Assembly (NCBI GenBank): GCA_964016885.1
Contig: OZ024740.1
Coordinates: 208,382,001 to 208,446,000, forward strand
Direction of reading: 5' to 3'
Length of the DNA stretch: 64,000 nt
Source: Eledone cirrhosa
Lineage: Eukaryota
Shown: positions 1 to 12,322 of the stretch, one piece after another
How the letters are laid out: each line of letters begins with the position of its first letter
How positions within the stretch are numbered: the first letter of the stretch is position 1
Position numbers and translations under genes: made by a program
Notes under the pieces: generated by a model
What the model was told of the DNA's origin: nothing
Seen by the model: only the letters and a program-made list of their open reading frames with translations
The model's database searches: none

Positions 1-500
1 TATATATATATATATATATATATACACTTACATGCATTCAAACATACACACACATTCACACATACACACACATATACACATATATACATTCTTATAAATA
101 TTCATATGCTTACATGCATACATACACACACACGCACATCCACAGATATACATACCTATACACATATAAACATACCTATAAATACATATATACTTACATG
201 CATACATGTGTACATACACACACATGCACGCACACACACACACATATATATATATATATACATACTTATAAATATTTATATGCATACACGCATACATACA
301 CGCGCGCGCGCACACATACTCATACATATACACATATATACATACCTATAAAAACATATATACTTACATGCATACATACGTACTTAGGCACACATACACA
401 CACACATAAAAACACACACACATACACACACATACACACACACACACACACACACATACATACACATACACACACACATACATACACATACACACACATG
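1..500. repeat. Compound (TA)n/(CA)n microsatellite
   Basis: Directly visible. Confidence 0.9.
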
Positions 501-597
501 CTTGTATTCGTGTCTGTTTTTCTATTTATCTGTCACCGATAGGATTTGAACTCAGAACATAGAAGATTGAAACTAACATGGTTTCTACACTTAGGAC

Positions 598-1380
598 ATC
601 TTGGGTAAGTGGCTTTCACAATAGCCAAAAGTTAACAAATACCTCGTCAATGAAACGTGAGAGCTGGCTTCTTGGGTAAGTGACTTTCCCAATAATCATA
701 GGTTAACAAATACCTTCTCAGTGAAACGTGAGAGCTGGCTTCTTGGGTAAGTGACTTTCCCAATAATCATAGGTTAACAAATACCTTGTCAATGAAACGT
801 GAGAGCTGGCTTCTTGGGTAAGTGACTTTCACAATAATCATAGGTTAACAAATACCTTCTCAATGAAACGTGAGAGCTGGCTTCTTGGGTAAGTGACTTT
901 CCCAATAATCATAGGTTAACAAATACCTTGTCAATGAAACGTGAGAGCTGGCTTCTTGGGTAAGTGACTTTCACAATAATCATAGGTTAACAAATACCTT
1001 CTCAGTGAAACGTGAGAGCTGGCTTCTTGGGTAAGTGACTTTCCCAATAATCATAGGTTAACAAATACCTTGTCAATGAAACGTGAGAGCTGGCTTCTTG
1101 GGTAAGTGACTTTCACAATAATCATAGGTTAACAAATACCTTCTCAATGAAACGTGAGAGCTGGCTTCTTGGGTAAGTGACTTTCACAATAATCATAGGT
1201 TAACAAATACCTTGTCAATGAAACGTGAGAGCTGGCTTCTTGGGTAAGTGACTTTCACAATAATCATAGGTTAACAAATACCTTCTCAGTGAAACGTGAG
1301 AGCTGGCTTCTTGGGTAAGTGACTTTCTCAATAGCCATAGGTTAACAAATATCTTCTCAGTGAAAGGGGAGTGCTGGCCA
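598..1380. repeat. 71-bp minisatellite, 11 copies
   Basis: TTGGGTAAGT recurs at 601, 672, 743 ... 1311 with a 71-nt period. Confidence 0.97.
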
Positions 1381-1807
1381 GAATGCTTACAGTTGAGTGA
1401 ACTCCTCTAAAAGTACTCAGAGGTCAGGGGCTGGTGTTGAACCGGACGGCAGATCATGTCTACCAATAAAATAAGCCTTAGCGAGATTTAAACTCGGGAT
1501 GCAAGGGGTTGGAGTAAATACTTGGGAATATTTGAATGAAGAAAAACAGAGACATCGAAGGTGATATAGGAACTATAAATAGAATCAGACAATAAATAAA
1601 TATTTATCAACGACAGTAGTAATTAGGGTCGGATTTAATGGGGGAAAGGGGACCCCACCAGCGACGGCCATAGCAATTTATGTGTGCCCTCAGCTGGGCT
1701 TTGTAGTTTTAGGATGGTCAGAATTTTTCTAATTTAATACCTGTTTGCATAAGTGAAGGTCTAAATCCAACCCTGGTAGTAATATTATAAAACAAATGTT
1801 CTCTTAC

Positions 1808-2028
1808 TTGTATGTCGTTGTCATTGGAGTCATAGGATGGCGATACTGACTGTTGTGGCATCACTGTTATGTCTTCACTGGAGCCATAGGCTTCACTTCC
1901 TGCAAAATAATTCATAACGGAAGTTGTGGTATCGACGACTTCCGTTTTAACAATATGTCTGTTGTCATCTAAATTCTGGTTCTGACTGGTTGAATGATTC
2001 CTCTCTGGCAGAAGTACAACGTCCTTTG
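1808..2028 (-). CDS. AGBL2: CCP low-complexity C-terminal exon KDVVLLPER...NDNDIQ
   Basis: aatacag| acceptor, |gtaaga donor, phase 1 to 0 compatible; the gene probably continues left of the window. Confidence 0.72.
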
Positions 2029-2294
2029 CTGTATTAGACAAAACAAAAACCAAATGGATTCCTTCTTTAATTTCAGTTTTTAATAAACTGTTTCACATAA
2101 CAAAGTAATAACGATTTCTATTGGAGGTAAATTGTGAAGACAAACTCTGATGTAGAAATGGTTTATTTGCTGTGTACTTACGTAGACTTAAGTGGTTAAA
2201 GGAAAAACTACATACACACACATGTATCAAATCAATTTTTTATTTCTACAATTGTTTCTTTGAGGATAAATGTAACGCTAGATATATATATATA

Positions 2295-2371
<77 letters not shown>

Positions 2372-2374
<3 letters not shown>

Positions 2375-2645
2375 AAATTTGGTGGTTGACCACTGGGTAG
2401 AATTGGTCATTCTGTAATGTTAACCATGGGTAATAGGAGGAAAGAAATCGATGGTACGCAACTCAGCCATCTTTGATGTTGAATTCTACTGGTGGTGCAG
2501 GAACGGAGTTAAATATATTATAAAGTAAAAGGACAGGAGGCCGGACAGGTTGAATTCCCTTAATTGTTTATTTCTATTTCAAACACTATGCACATTTCAG
2601 TGACCAGGCTACGTATGAACCCGGTGACATCATCAGGTGTATATA
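2372..2645 (-). mobile_element. Penelope-like terminal fragment with hammerhead-like motif; related copy at 31790-32030 (+)
   Basis: Minus strand ACAC-CTGATGA-stem-GAAA-TGTGCA-TA-GTGT; similar to the reverse complement of 31790-32030. Confidence 0.55.
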
Positions 2646-2969
2646 ATATAATAGTTGTATACCAAAGGAATGATGGTAAACACATTCCAAGAGGCTTTAA
2701 GAAGCAATGAAAATAAAACAGAGAAGAAAAAAGTGTTTTTTTGTTTTTGACCCAGAGACGATCGTGGTAGCCTGTTGTCATTTTGCCTCGTCGTCTCTGA
2801 GTGATTATTCTCAGCAGATTTTTCTTGTTAGTTTGTTATGTGGGTAGGAGTTGTACTTTTTATTGAGTGAGTTGCTACTACCTCCCATTCAAACGTATTC
2901 GACACAGGTTAGAAACAGTTCTAATCGTGTAGAAATAATTCATAATTTTTCAAATATTTTTGGAATTGA

Positions 2970-3350
2970 TATTGTTGCATGGTTAAGGAACTGCCCTTCG
3001 CAACGACGTGGTTATAGGATTAGTCCAACTGCGCAGAACTTTGGACAAGTGTCTTCTACTGAAGATTCGAGTTGAAATCTTGAGTGAAATTTGGTAAACT
3101 AAAAAGTTTAAAGTCTGTCTCGATCTCAAAGGATCATCAGGCCGGTTCTTATCCCGGTTTCCTTTGCGGGAAGCGACTGAGAGAACATGACTCCCCTCTG
3201 GATAGGACGCCAGTCCATCGGAGGGTTAAATCCAAGCTATTGCTAGTACTCATTTTCAGCTGAGTATACTGGAACAACGCGAAATAAAGTGTTTTGCTCA
3301 AGAACACAACACGATATCATGCTTGTAAGTTCAACAACCTTACCACTAAT
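2970..3350. mobile_element. Two degenerate SINE remnants, (+) 2970-3115 and (-) 3130-3350
   Basis: Decayed tRNA-head/body (ttggacaagtgtcttctact) and a SINE body (ggataggacgccagtccatcg...gtgttttgctcaagaacacaac). Confidence 0.55.
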
Positions 3351-3450
3351 AAATCTAGAGAAATGCTATGGAAATATATAATTACACTATGATTTAATAT
3401 ACTTATATAATGTACAGACACACACAACAAATGTTCAATAGATGTCTCAC

Positions 3451-3581
3451 CTTTCTTGTTTTGGCGATTTTCTCTGAGGATTTCTTTTAGTTCTGTAACT
3501 TTACAGTTTGTTGAGTTACCGTTCTTCATCAGCTGTTGTGTTATTTGGCGTGTAAGACTGAATGTAAATTTGGCTTGAAGA
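3451..3581 (-). CDS. AGBL2: CCP C-terminal region exon LQAKFTFSL...ENRQNKK
   Basis: ttttccag| acceptor, aag|gtgaga donor, phase 2 to 1 matches neighbours, open frame. Confidence 0.78.
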
Positions 3582-3605
3582 CTGGAAAATATGTCAAGTT
3601 TGTTG

Positions 3606-3656
<51 letters not shown>

Positions 3657-3663
<7 letters not shown>

Positions 3664-4173
3664 ATACTTTGGGAGGGTTATGTTGCCAATAAGAAACACA
3701 CGCACCAGTTGCTTTCACTTCAATTTAATTTATTATATATTTATAAATTTACAAATTTATAAATTTCTGGTTGGTTGGTTGGTTCCACAACCAGATAGTT
3801 GTTTATATATATATAGTCATAGTTCTTTCGTCACACACTCTGTGACCTCTTCAGTGACTGGGGATTCCTTTCTTCGTTTCTGTGCCTTTCCTTTCTTCTA
3901 TCCTACGCCATTTTGTTGGATGGCGTAGGATAGAAGAAAGGAAAGGCACAGAAACGAAGAAAGAAATCCCCAGTCACTGAAGAGGTCACAGAGTGTGTGA
4001 CGAAAGAACTATGACTATATATATATAAACAACTATCTGGTTGTGGAACCAACCAACCAACCAGAAATTTATAAATTTGTAAATTTATAAATATATAATA
4101 AATTAAATTGAAGTGAAAGCAACTGGTGCGTGTGTTTCTTATTGGCAACATGACCCTCCCAAAGTATAACAAT
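3657..4173. repeat. Near-perfect ~255-bp-arm foldback, probably Penelope-like, next to (TA)n
   Basis: 3657-3911 is the reverse complement of 3920-4173 around an 8-nt loop; each arm carries a hammerhead motif. Confidence 0.9.
3972..4016 (+). ncRNA. Minimal type I hammerhead ribozyme motif; mirror copy at 3815-3859 (-)
   Basis: AGTCA-CTGAAGA-G-GTCACA/TGTGAC-GAAA-GAAC-TA-TGACT: 5-bp stem I, conserved core, 6-bp stem II, minimal stem III. Confidence 0.7.
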
Positions 4174-4231
4174 ATCGGTTTCAACACACGATTTCAGATA
4201 AAGAATCTTGCTAAACAAATTCAGAAACGAA

Positions 4232-5687
4232 ATATATATATATAGAAAACTGAAATTGTCTCTGTGTGTGTGTCTTAATTTTTGCAAAGTCTATACAAAT
4301 CCACATTTCTTCTCCGATTGACTTCAAACTTGCATTTATATATTCCTTGCGGTCTAAAGATATTAACTGCAGCTTTTATTTTTCAATTTTCTGTTGTTAA
4401 AGGCGTGTTAGGCCCCGGTTAGCGATCTCTCTCTCTCTCCCTCTCTCTTTCTTAGTCTGTCTTTTTAGATAGATACATAGCTATAACGTCGCGCCCTTAT
4501 AATATATGTCTGTATGTCTGGCTGTCTCCATTATGACATGATGAAAACATTGTTCTCATTGCTGACGTATTATCTTCGCTATTTTCCGTTCATTGCCAGG
4601 GAACGTCTTCACGAACCAAAGTAACGTTTTCCTGTTTTCCTTCGGTTGCAACGTTTTTCGAAATATTTACTTCTGCGTTCACAGATTGATTTTTATAGTT
4701 TCAGAAGATCCCGTTAAGGGTGAAAGCAGCGATTCTTTGCTTAAACTTTAATCTGTTATTTTAATATATATATATATATAATTATATATTCGTGTAGAGA
4801 TAATTTTGCATTCACAAAAACAAAATATAAACAAACGTATTTATTTCACGAAAGCACAGACGGCTTATCGTCATAGTTACTGCCGATATGCCACCCACAA
4901 AGTCCCACTACCAGCAATTACATAGTCAACGGTTCGGAAATAACATGCATCACTGACGAGTTCACTCCTTACTCTACCAGTTAGTCTTAGTGTACTTCAT
5001 CCTCCTTTTAGGTCATGCCTCGAAAGAAGAGATACTCCATTGGCCGAAATACTGCGAAAGCGGCAAGAAAAATAACAAGGTGAGCAAACTAATCGTCAGT
5101 GGAATCTGCTATTCGACGGTCGCAAGATGCTGAACGTACTGCCACCAGAAGAGCACTTGAAACAGACAACCAACGAACCATTCGCCGAACCGTGTCAGCT
5201 TTGCAATGCCTATCAACAAATCCCAGGGTCAGACCCTAGCTGTTGCTGGTCTTCTTTTGGAAGAGTCATGTTTTTCACACGGGCAACTATACGTTGGCTG
5301 CTCAAGACTGGGAAGCAAGACAAATCTTTTTGTATATGCTCGACACGGAAGAACAAGGAACATCGTGTACAACGAGGTGCTACAATCATTGTTTAGGTAG
5401 ACGAGGCAGAAGGGGATATAGACGATTGACTGAAGAAGGACGAGACTGTGTTAGTAGTACGACCAACGGTTGCTATCACACCAACAGCAGCAAAAACAAC
5501 AAAAAAGACAGAGAACACAATTACATGCTTTTGAAAAATCTTAATAGAAAATGATTTACCTAAGCACAAAATGTAGACACCATCCCCAGGCCGAGGTTTT
5601 CCGTACTTCTCTGTACTGTTTCAGAAAGGAGGGATAAACATGCCAATCTATGTTTAGAAGCCCGAGCAACGCCGGGCCATTCTGCTA

Positions 5688-5688
<1 letters not shown>
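4232..5688 (+). mobile_element. Non-autonomous Helitron carrying a PIF1-helicase C-terminal fragment
   Basis: 5206-5400 encodes INKSQGQTL...FSHGQLYVGCSR...TRNIVYNEVL; 3' hairpin GCCCG...CGGGC then CTAG (5685-5688) followed by T; 5' end approximate. Confidence 0.85.
4599..4765 (+). mobile_element. Penelope-like 3' terminal fragment nested in the Helitron
   Basis: Similar to 10915-11086 (cacgaaccaaagt...cagaagatc.cgttaagggtgaaagcagcgattcttt...). Confidence 0.7.
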
Positions 5689-5773
<85 letters not shown>

Positions 5774-6380
5774 AAAGTAAATAGCAACAACGAGGAGTAC
5801 AGTTACGAGGCTTCTACAGGACTAGAACTGTTACATTCGGGAGAAATCATCAGGAAGCCGACTGTCCAAGTAATATGGTGGCATTTATACCTTTTCTGGT
5901 GGTAGGAGAGGGTGGTGATTGGGATGAGTGGGGGTCATTGGTTGATGGATTTAAAGAAAAGGGAATTCTTTAAAACTATTTTTAGAGTAACAAAGGCAGA
6001 AAGAATTCACAGGAGTCAGACGTGTCTTTTCGTTGCCCACACGTTCTTGAACCTAAGTTCACTTATCGCTGTGGTCTTGGATTTTCTTACCTTAAGTTAC
6101 TCGCACATTGCTCGGTTTGTTGTTGTTTTTCGGTGTTTTCTCTTTTCTTCCCTTTTCCCTTCTATTTTCCTCCCCCCCCCCCCTCCCTCCTCCGTTTTCC
6201 CAACAACTTACCCAGTTATTGAACGTTCTGGGGGTAGATATCTTGTCTTTAAAGCGTTGAAATATCCAAGATCCCCAGTAGACAACTGATAAAGAAAATT
6301 CCATCCCGTTCTTGCTTTCTTCTTATTCTCACTCCATTTTAAGCTACCTTTACTAGCAACTACACAGCCAATCCTATTCT

Positions 6381-6468
<88 letters not shown>

Positions 6469-6489
6469 AACACATCAAACAATAATAAG

Positions 6490-6521
<32 letters not shown>

Positions 6522-6806
6522 CTCAATATCATTTTATGCTGTAGAAAAACAATGTTCAAAACTTAGTAGCGACCGTTTTATTATGTAATCTAATATACCG
6601 GCAAAATATTGTAAAACCACTTATCTTATCTTTCATACAGTAAAGTATTAAATCTTATTGAGTCAACAAGTGCACTTACCTGTCTATCTCCCCTTGCTAA
6701 AGTAACATGCCCAGAGTTGTTGAAAGTCAACAAGTGTACATAACTATTTATTTTCCCTTCCCTCCAGTAAAATATCTAGCGTTGTTATGTGAACAAGTGT
6801 ACTTAC

Positions 6807-6908
6807 CGGTCGTCTGCCTGGGCTTTGTGGAAGTTATAGATAGCCAAACATAGTGATTTACCCATGTCTTCGTAGTCTCTAATGTTGAAATGACACGGTT
6901 TCTGCCCT
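6807..6908 (-). CDS. AGBL2: CCP exon GQKPCHFNIRDYEDMGKSLCLAIYNFHKAQADD
   Basis: tttctttctccag| acceptor, |gtaagt donor, phase 2 to 2, HF...D...MG..C end of the catalytic domain. Confidence 0.9.
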
Positions 6909-6927
6909 CTGGAGAAAGAAACACGAA

Positions 6928-7388
6928 TATCATCATCATCATCATCATCATCATCACCATCATCATCGTCGTCAACATCATCATCGTCATCATCATCACC
7001 ACCGCCACCATCAACGTCATCATCGTCGTCGTCATTATCATCATCATCATCATCATCATCGTCATCATCATCACCATCATCATCGTCATCATCATCATCA
7101 TCATCGTCATCATCATCAACAATATCATCATCATCATCATCATCGCCATCATCATCGTCATCCACAACAATATCATCATCATCATCATCATCATCAACAA
7201 TATCATCACCACCATTATCATCATCATCATTATCATCATCATCGTCATCCACAACAATATCATCATCATCACCATCAACAATATCATCACCACCATTATC
7301 ATCATCATCATTATCATCATCATCGTCATCCACAACAATATCATCAACATCATCATCATCATCATTGTCATCACCACCATCACCACCT
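6928..7388. repeat. Compound (CAT)n trinucleotide repeat with internal block duplications
   Basis: Directly visible; it abuts the acceptor of exon 6807-6908. Confidence 0.9.
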
Positions 7389-7526
7389 TTAGTGTTATTT
7401 TCAATAGTTTTATTTCCATTGTATATATTCACTACACTGGGTACTGCAGTTCTCTTCTGCACCTTGGGTTTATGCAGGATTCTGGTTTGATTTAGTATTT
7501 TGTATTTTATTGGCAATACTTTGTTG

Positions 7527-7686
<160 letters not shown>

Positions 7687-8087
7687 TGGTTTCGGTTCTT
7701 TAAGATTTATACCACTTGCTCCAGTGCACATGGGATAGTAACAAATAGACACAAGACAGGGTGGTTGGTTTTTCGACTATTTACAAATAAATAAAATTTG
7801 CTACAAACTACTGTGCTGCAACTGGGAAGAAGCGATAGAAACAAAGCTCAACATATTAACCTAGAAAAGAAAGTATGCACAAAAGGCGAAGTGAGAGAAA
7901 AAATTTTCGTTTGGATGTAAGTCGCATATCGACAGACACATTGATCAGAGAAAGTAACTGAGAAAAAGATAGAGAAAAGAGAAGAGAGAATGGAGTCGGC
8001 GTAAAAAAATATATAGAGAGAGATTTGAAAAGTGACCTGCATGGCTAAGAATATACAAAATTAATCAAAATCCGTGGACGGACGAAG

Positions 8088-8200
<113 letters not shown>

Positions 8201-8309
8201 CATATACATAAACTAGACAGAGCCATAGATATATATGTGTGTTTTTGGTATCCATTCACGGTGTGGCTCAATGACGAATTAATTGATTAAATAATCAACA
8301 ATCAGAGCA

Positions 8310-8870
8310 ATATACAAGAAAGTACGTCCATAGAATCATTTGTTAAAATATATACAGTATTTCCTCTCCCAATCAGCATAATCAACCACACAAAAAATCA
8401 ATTAAACAAGGCTATAAGATAAAAGGCACTGATGAAGAAACAATAGATAAATAAACGATAGCTATCTATCTGCGATCAACAGCCACATAATATTTACCCA
8501 GTATTTCTAATAGCCCGTAGAAATCGATTAGATATATTGTCAACCATACACAATTAGGTACAAAATCAAAGTTAGAAGAAAAAATGTATATAAGCATACC
8601 AAAATTAATTTTGGTATGCTTATATACATATTTTCTAATATATCTAATCGATTTCTAATCGATTTCCACGGGCTATTATAAATACTGGGTAAATATTCTG
8701 TGGCTGTTGATCGCAGATAGATAGCTATCGTTTATTTATCTAATGTTTCTTCATAGGTGCCTTTTAATCTTATAGCCTTGTTTAATTGATTTTTTGTGTA
8801 GTTGATTATGCTGATTGGGAGAGGAAATACTGTATATATTTTAAGAAATGATTCTATGGACGTACTTTCT

Positions 8871-8876
<6 letters not shown>
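8310..8876. repeat. Foldback with ~220-bp arms and an internal ~60-bp palindrome
   Basis: caagaaagtacgtccatag... at 8315 mirrors ...ctatggacgtactttcttg at 8872; palindrome tgtatataagcataccaaaattaattttggtatgcttatataca at ~8585-8630. Confidence 0.85.
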
Positions 8877-8954
<78 letters not shown>

Positions 8955-9156
8955 ATACAATAACAGAGAAAGCTTTAAGCTAAACTCTGACTGGTAACCA
9001 TCTCACTCAACAAACATTAGGGTATACGTTAGTATAATCCCAATTATGTGTTTGGGGTGCTAACTATATATATTTTGTGGAAAGCCAGTTGTATTATTTT
9101 ATATGAGATATAATTAAAATTAAAATATATCTCTCTTTCCAAATATATATATATAT

Positions 9157-9351
9157 AGGAACGAGTAGGACCCCGACGGCTGAGCTCAGGCCGTTTCGAC
9201 GGCTAATTCTGGACCGTCTAGAATTAGCCGTCGAAACGGCCTGAGCTCAGCCGTCGGGGTCCTACTCGTTCCTATTACCCACTCTACTACCCTAAGTATT
9301 GAGTATGTTGGTGCGTTATGGTCCACCTGGTTCCTTACCACATTTCCTTCG

Positions 9352-9353
<2 letters not shown>
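9157..9353. mobile_element. Short (TA)n-embedded element with a perfect ~55-bp-arm hairpin; related copy at 63830-63990
   Basis: 9157-9210 is the reverse complement of 9220-9274; sequence shared with the end of the window. Confidence 0.75.
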
Positions 9354-9384
<31 letters not shown>

Positions 9385-9389
<5 letters not shown>

Positions 9390-11086
9390 TAAAATAGCAG
9401 ATTAAAGTTTAAGGAAAGAATTGCTGCTTTCACCCTTAACGAGATCTTCTGAAACTAACAAAGTCAATCTGTAAACGCAGAAGTGGATATTTCAAAAAAC
9501 GTTGCAACCGGAGGAAGACAGGAAGACGATACTTTGGTTCGTGGAAACGTTCCCTATGCAAATAAGTAGTGGTATAAACATAACATATACTTAACTACCA
9601 CATCAAGACGTAAAATATCCACGTATAGATCGTACTATCCGTTAGGGTATAATGTGGGGCTGTAATACAGGAAAGTTTTGTGCAAATTATGTTTACAAGC
9701 CGAAATTGCCTCAGATTTTTTGTTTAAGATGTGGTCTGTGGCGTAGAGTATTTCCAGGGCCTCAGCGGCGCAGAGGTCACATGGTCTTTTATTTTCGTTA
9801 TACGATCTAGCCCTAGCTAGGATCTCCCAGTGTAACTTATATTGGGTGTGGTTGTCTTTTAGACTCCAGATATAAGCTGAAAGTGACGTCATATTCCTTC
9901 TTAGAGGGTAACGAAAAGAATGGGTATGCATGTAAAGACGCTGCTTGAATCTATTGGCGGTTAACCCTATGTAAGCCCTACGGGACGTGGGTGTTTCAAC
10001 CTTACATTTGTAGACAATGTTACTAGAGAGGCATTTCCCGGATAGGGGGCAATCAACCCGATTCCTACAATTACAGTTAGTACTAACTACAGGGTTGCAC
10101 GTGTTCATACGGCTAGGTAGTTTAGCTAAATTTGAAGCTGTGATGTTATGTGCAAGGTTAGGAGTCGTAGAGTAAGAAATTTTAATAGTATTTCTATTAA
10201 CATTTTTACTATATTTATGTGTAGGGGGAAAATGCTTCGTAATAAGGGATAGAAAGATCTTAGCTAATGGTGTGGCCACATCCATAGTAAAATTTTTAAT
10301 AGAAATACTATTAAAATGTCTTACTCTACGACTCCTAGCCTTGCACATTACATCACAGCTTCAAATTTAGCTAAACTACCTAGCCGTAGGACACGTGCAA
10401 CCCTGTAGTTAGTACTAACTGTAATTGTAGGAATCGGGTTGATTGCCCCCTATCCAGGAAATGCCTCTCTAGTAACATTGTCTACAAATGTAAGGTTGAA
10501 ACACCCACGTCCCGTAGGGCCTACATAGGGTTAACCGCCAATAGATTCAAGCAGCGTCTTTACATGCATACCCATTCTTTTCGTTACCCTTAAAGAAGGA
10601 ATATGACGTCACTTTCAGCTTATATCTGGAGTCTAAAAGACAACCACACCCAATATAAGTTACACTGGGAGATCCTAGCTAGGGCTAGATCGTATAACGG
10701 AAATAAAAGGCCCTGGAAATACTCTACGCCACAGACCACATCTTATACAAAAAATCTGAGGCAATTTCGGCTTGTAAACATAAATTGCACAAAACTTTCC
10801 TGTATTACAGCCCCACATTATACCCTCACGGATAGTACAATCTATACGTGGATATTTTACGTCTTGATGTGGTAGCTAAGTATATGTTATGTTTATACCA
10901 TTACTTATTTGCATAGGGAACGTTTCCACGAACCAAAGTATCGTCTTCCTGTCTTCCTCCGGTCGCAACGTTTTTTGAAATATCCACTTCTGCGTTTACA
11001 GATTGACTTTGTTAGTTTCAGAAGATCTCGTTAAGGGTGAAAGCAGCGATTCTTTCCTTAAACTTTAATCTGTTATTTTAATAAAT
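9385..11086. mobile_element. Penelope-like retroelement: 5'-truncated GIY-YIG copy (-) with an inverted duplicate (+)
   Basis: ORF 9635-10348 (-) reads KHFPP...NTIKISYS...CNCR...CPLSGKCL..IVYKC...YIGLT..FKQR..H..SF...CDLC..E...LNKKSE, a PLE GIY-YIG endonuclease; arms 9385-10175 and 10321-11086. Confidence 0.88.
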
Positions 11087-11174
11087 ATTTGCTCTACGGT
11101 TCTTATATATTTGATATATATTTATCTTTATCGAGCCCTCTTTATATTTTAGTCTTCAAATTTATTATTATTAC

Positions 11175-11205
<31 letters not shown>

Positions 11206-11210
11206 AAGCA

Positions 11211-11286
<76 letters not shown>

Positions 11287-11810
11287 CATTTATGTATTAT
11301 TGCGTATACGACGGGTCTAGCAAACTCCTTATCTTAACTATAATAAAGTAAGGAGTGCGGGACTGCGTCCAGAATATATTTTTTTATCCCGTTTGTAAAA
11401 TAAGTTGGATTACTTATACCTAATAAATAATGAATGAATATTGCATAATTTATATACTAAATTTCGTAACTCTTGATTAAATGTAAATAATTTTATTGCT
11501 TATTTAAAGATTCACTGCTTCAAAATTTTCAAATGTCAACACTTACGGTTAGCGTCCGTTATATTATAACACTTATAAAAACATCGCATATATTTCCTTC
11601 GCTAATTTTCTCCTAATGCAGTTTATATATAATATCGTCTTTTTTTAATGTATCATGGATTACTTTACTGATTACAGAAGAGAGTGTAACACAGACTCTC
11701 TTCAATTACTGTTCATATTGGCAATTACGATTTTATTTAACATATAATTTCTATATGCATACATATTTGCGTATAATATCAATATACACACTACACATGC
11801 GAGCAGAAAA

Positions 11811-11903
<93 letters not shown>

Positions 11904-11904
<1 letters not shown>

Positions 11905-12269
11905 TTTGAGTCTCAGTCATTGATGTAAGTTAACTGGAAAGTTTGTTGAAATGAATATCAAGCCGCTACCTGCAGCCTAAGATATTCAGGACGTATCGGA
12001 GGGTTCTTGCTGTTCCCAGCAAGCTTGCCTTTTGAAGTGTTCCAAAAAGCGGAGCTGGACTAATCTTCTTTAACCATCCTTGGAAACTCTTTGAGATAGT
12101 ACCTAGTGCGCCTATGACAATCGGGACGACCTTGATTTCATGGCAGTTCCAAATCCTTTTTAACTCCCACTTTAAATCCTGGTATCGGTTAATTTCATCC
12201 CTCTCCTTTTCTTGCACTCTCATGTCAAATTGGGCAGGCTACATCTACAATCAGGCACGATTTTTTCCC
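11904..12269 (-). mobile_element. R4/Dong family A, 5'-truncated 3' fragment in (TAA)n
   Basis: REL C-terminus (RYQDLKWE...VPIVIGALG) and 3' UTR homologous to 17412-20734. Confidence 0.9.
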
Positions 12270-12322
12270 TTATTATTATTATTATTATTAAATAAATAAA
12301 TATATACAAAAATCATTATTAT

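Noticed and set aside
28-542. His/Thr/Tyr- and Cys/Val-rich ORFs, and similar poly-I, poly-L, YI, ER and CV ORFs throughout the window
   Set aside because: Microsatellite translations
598-1380. CRISPR-like array or repeated plus-strand exons with GTAAGT donors
   Set aside because: Whole units are near-identical with no spacers, and there is no matching acceptor or open frame
5206-5400. Host PIF1 helicase exon
   Set aside because: Antisense inside a CCP intron, degraded upstream, and followed by a Helitron hairpin and CTAG end
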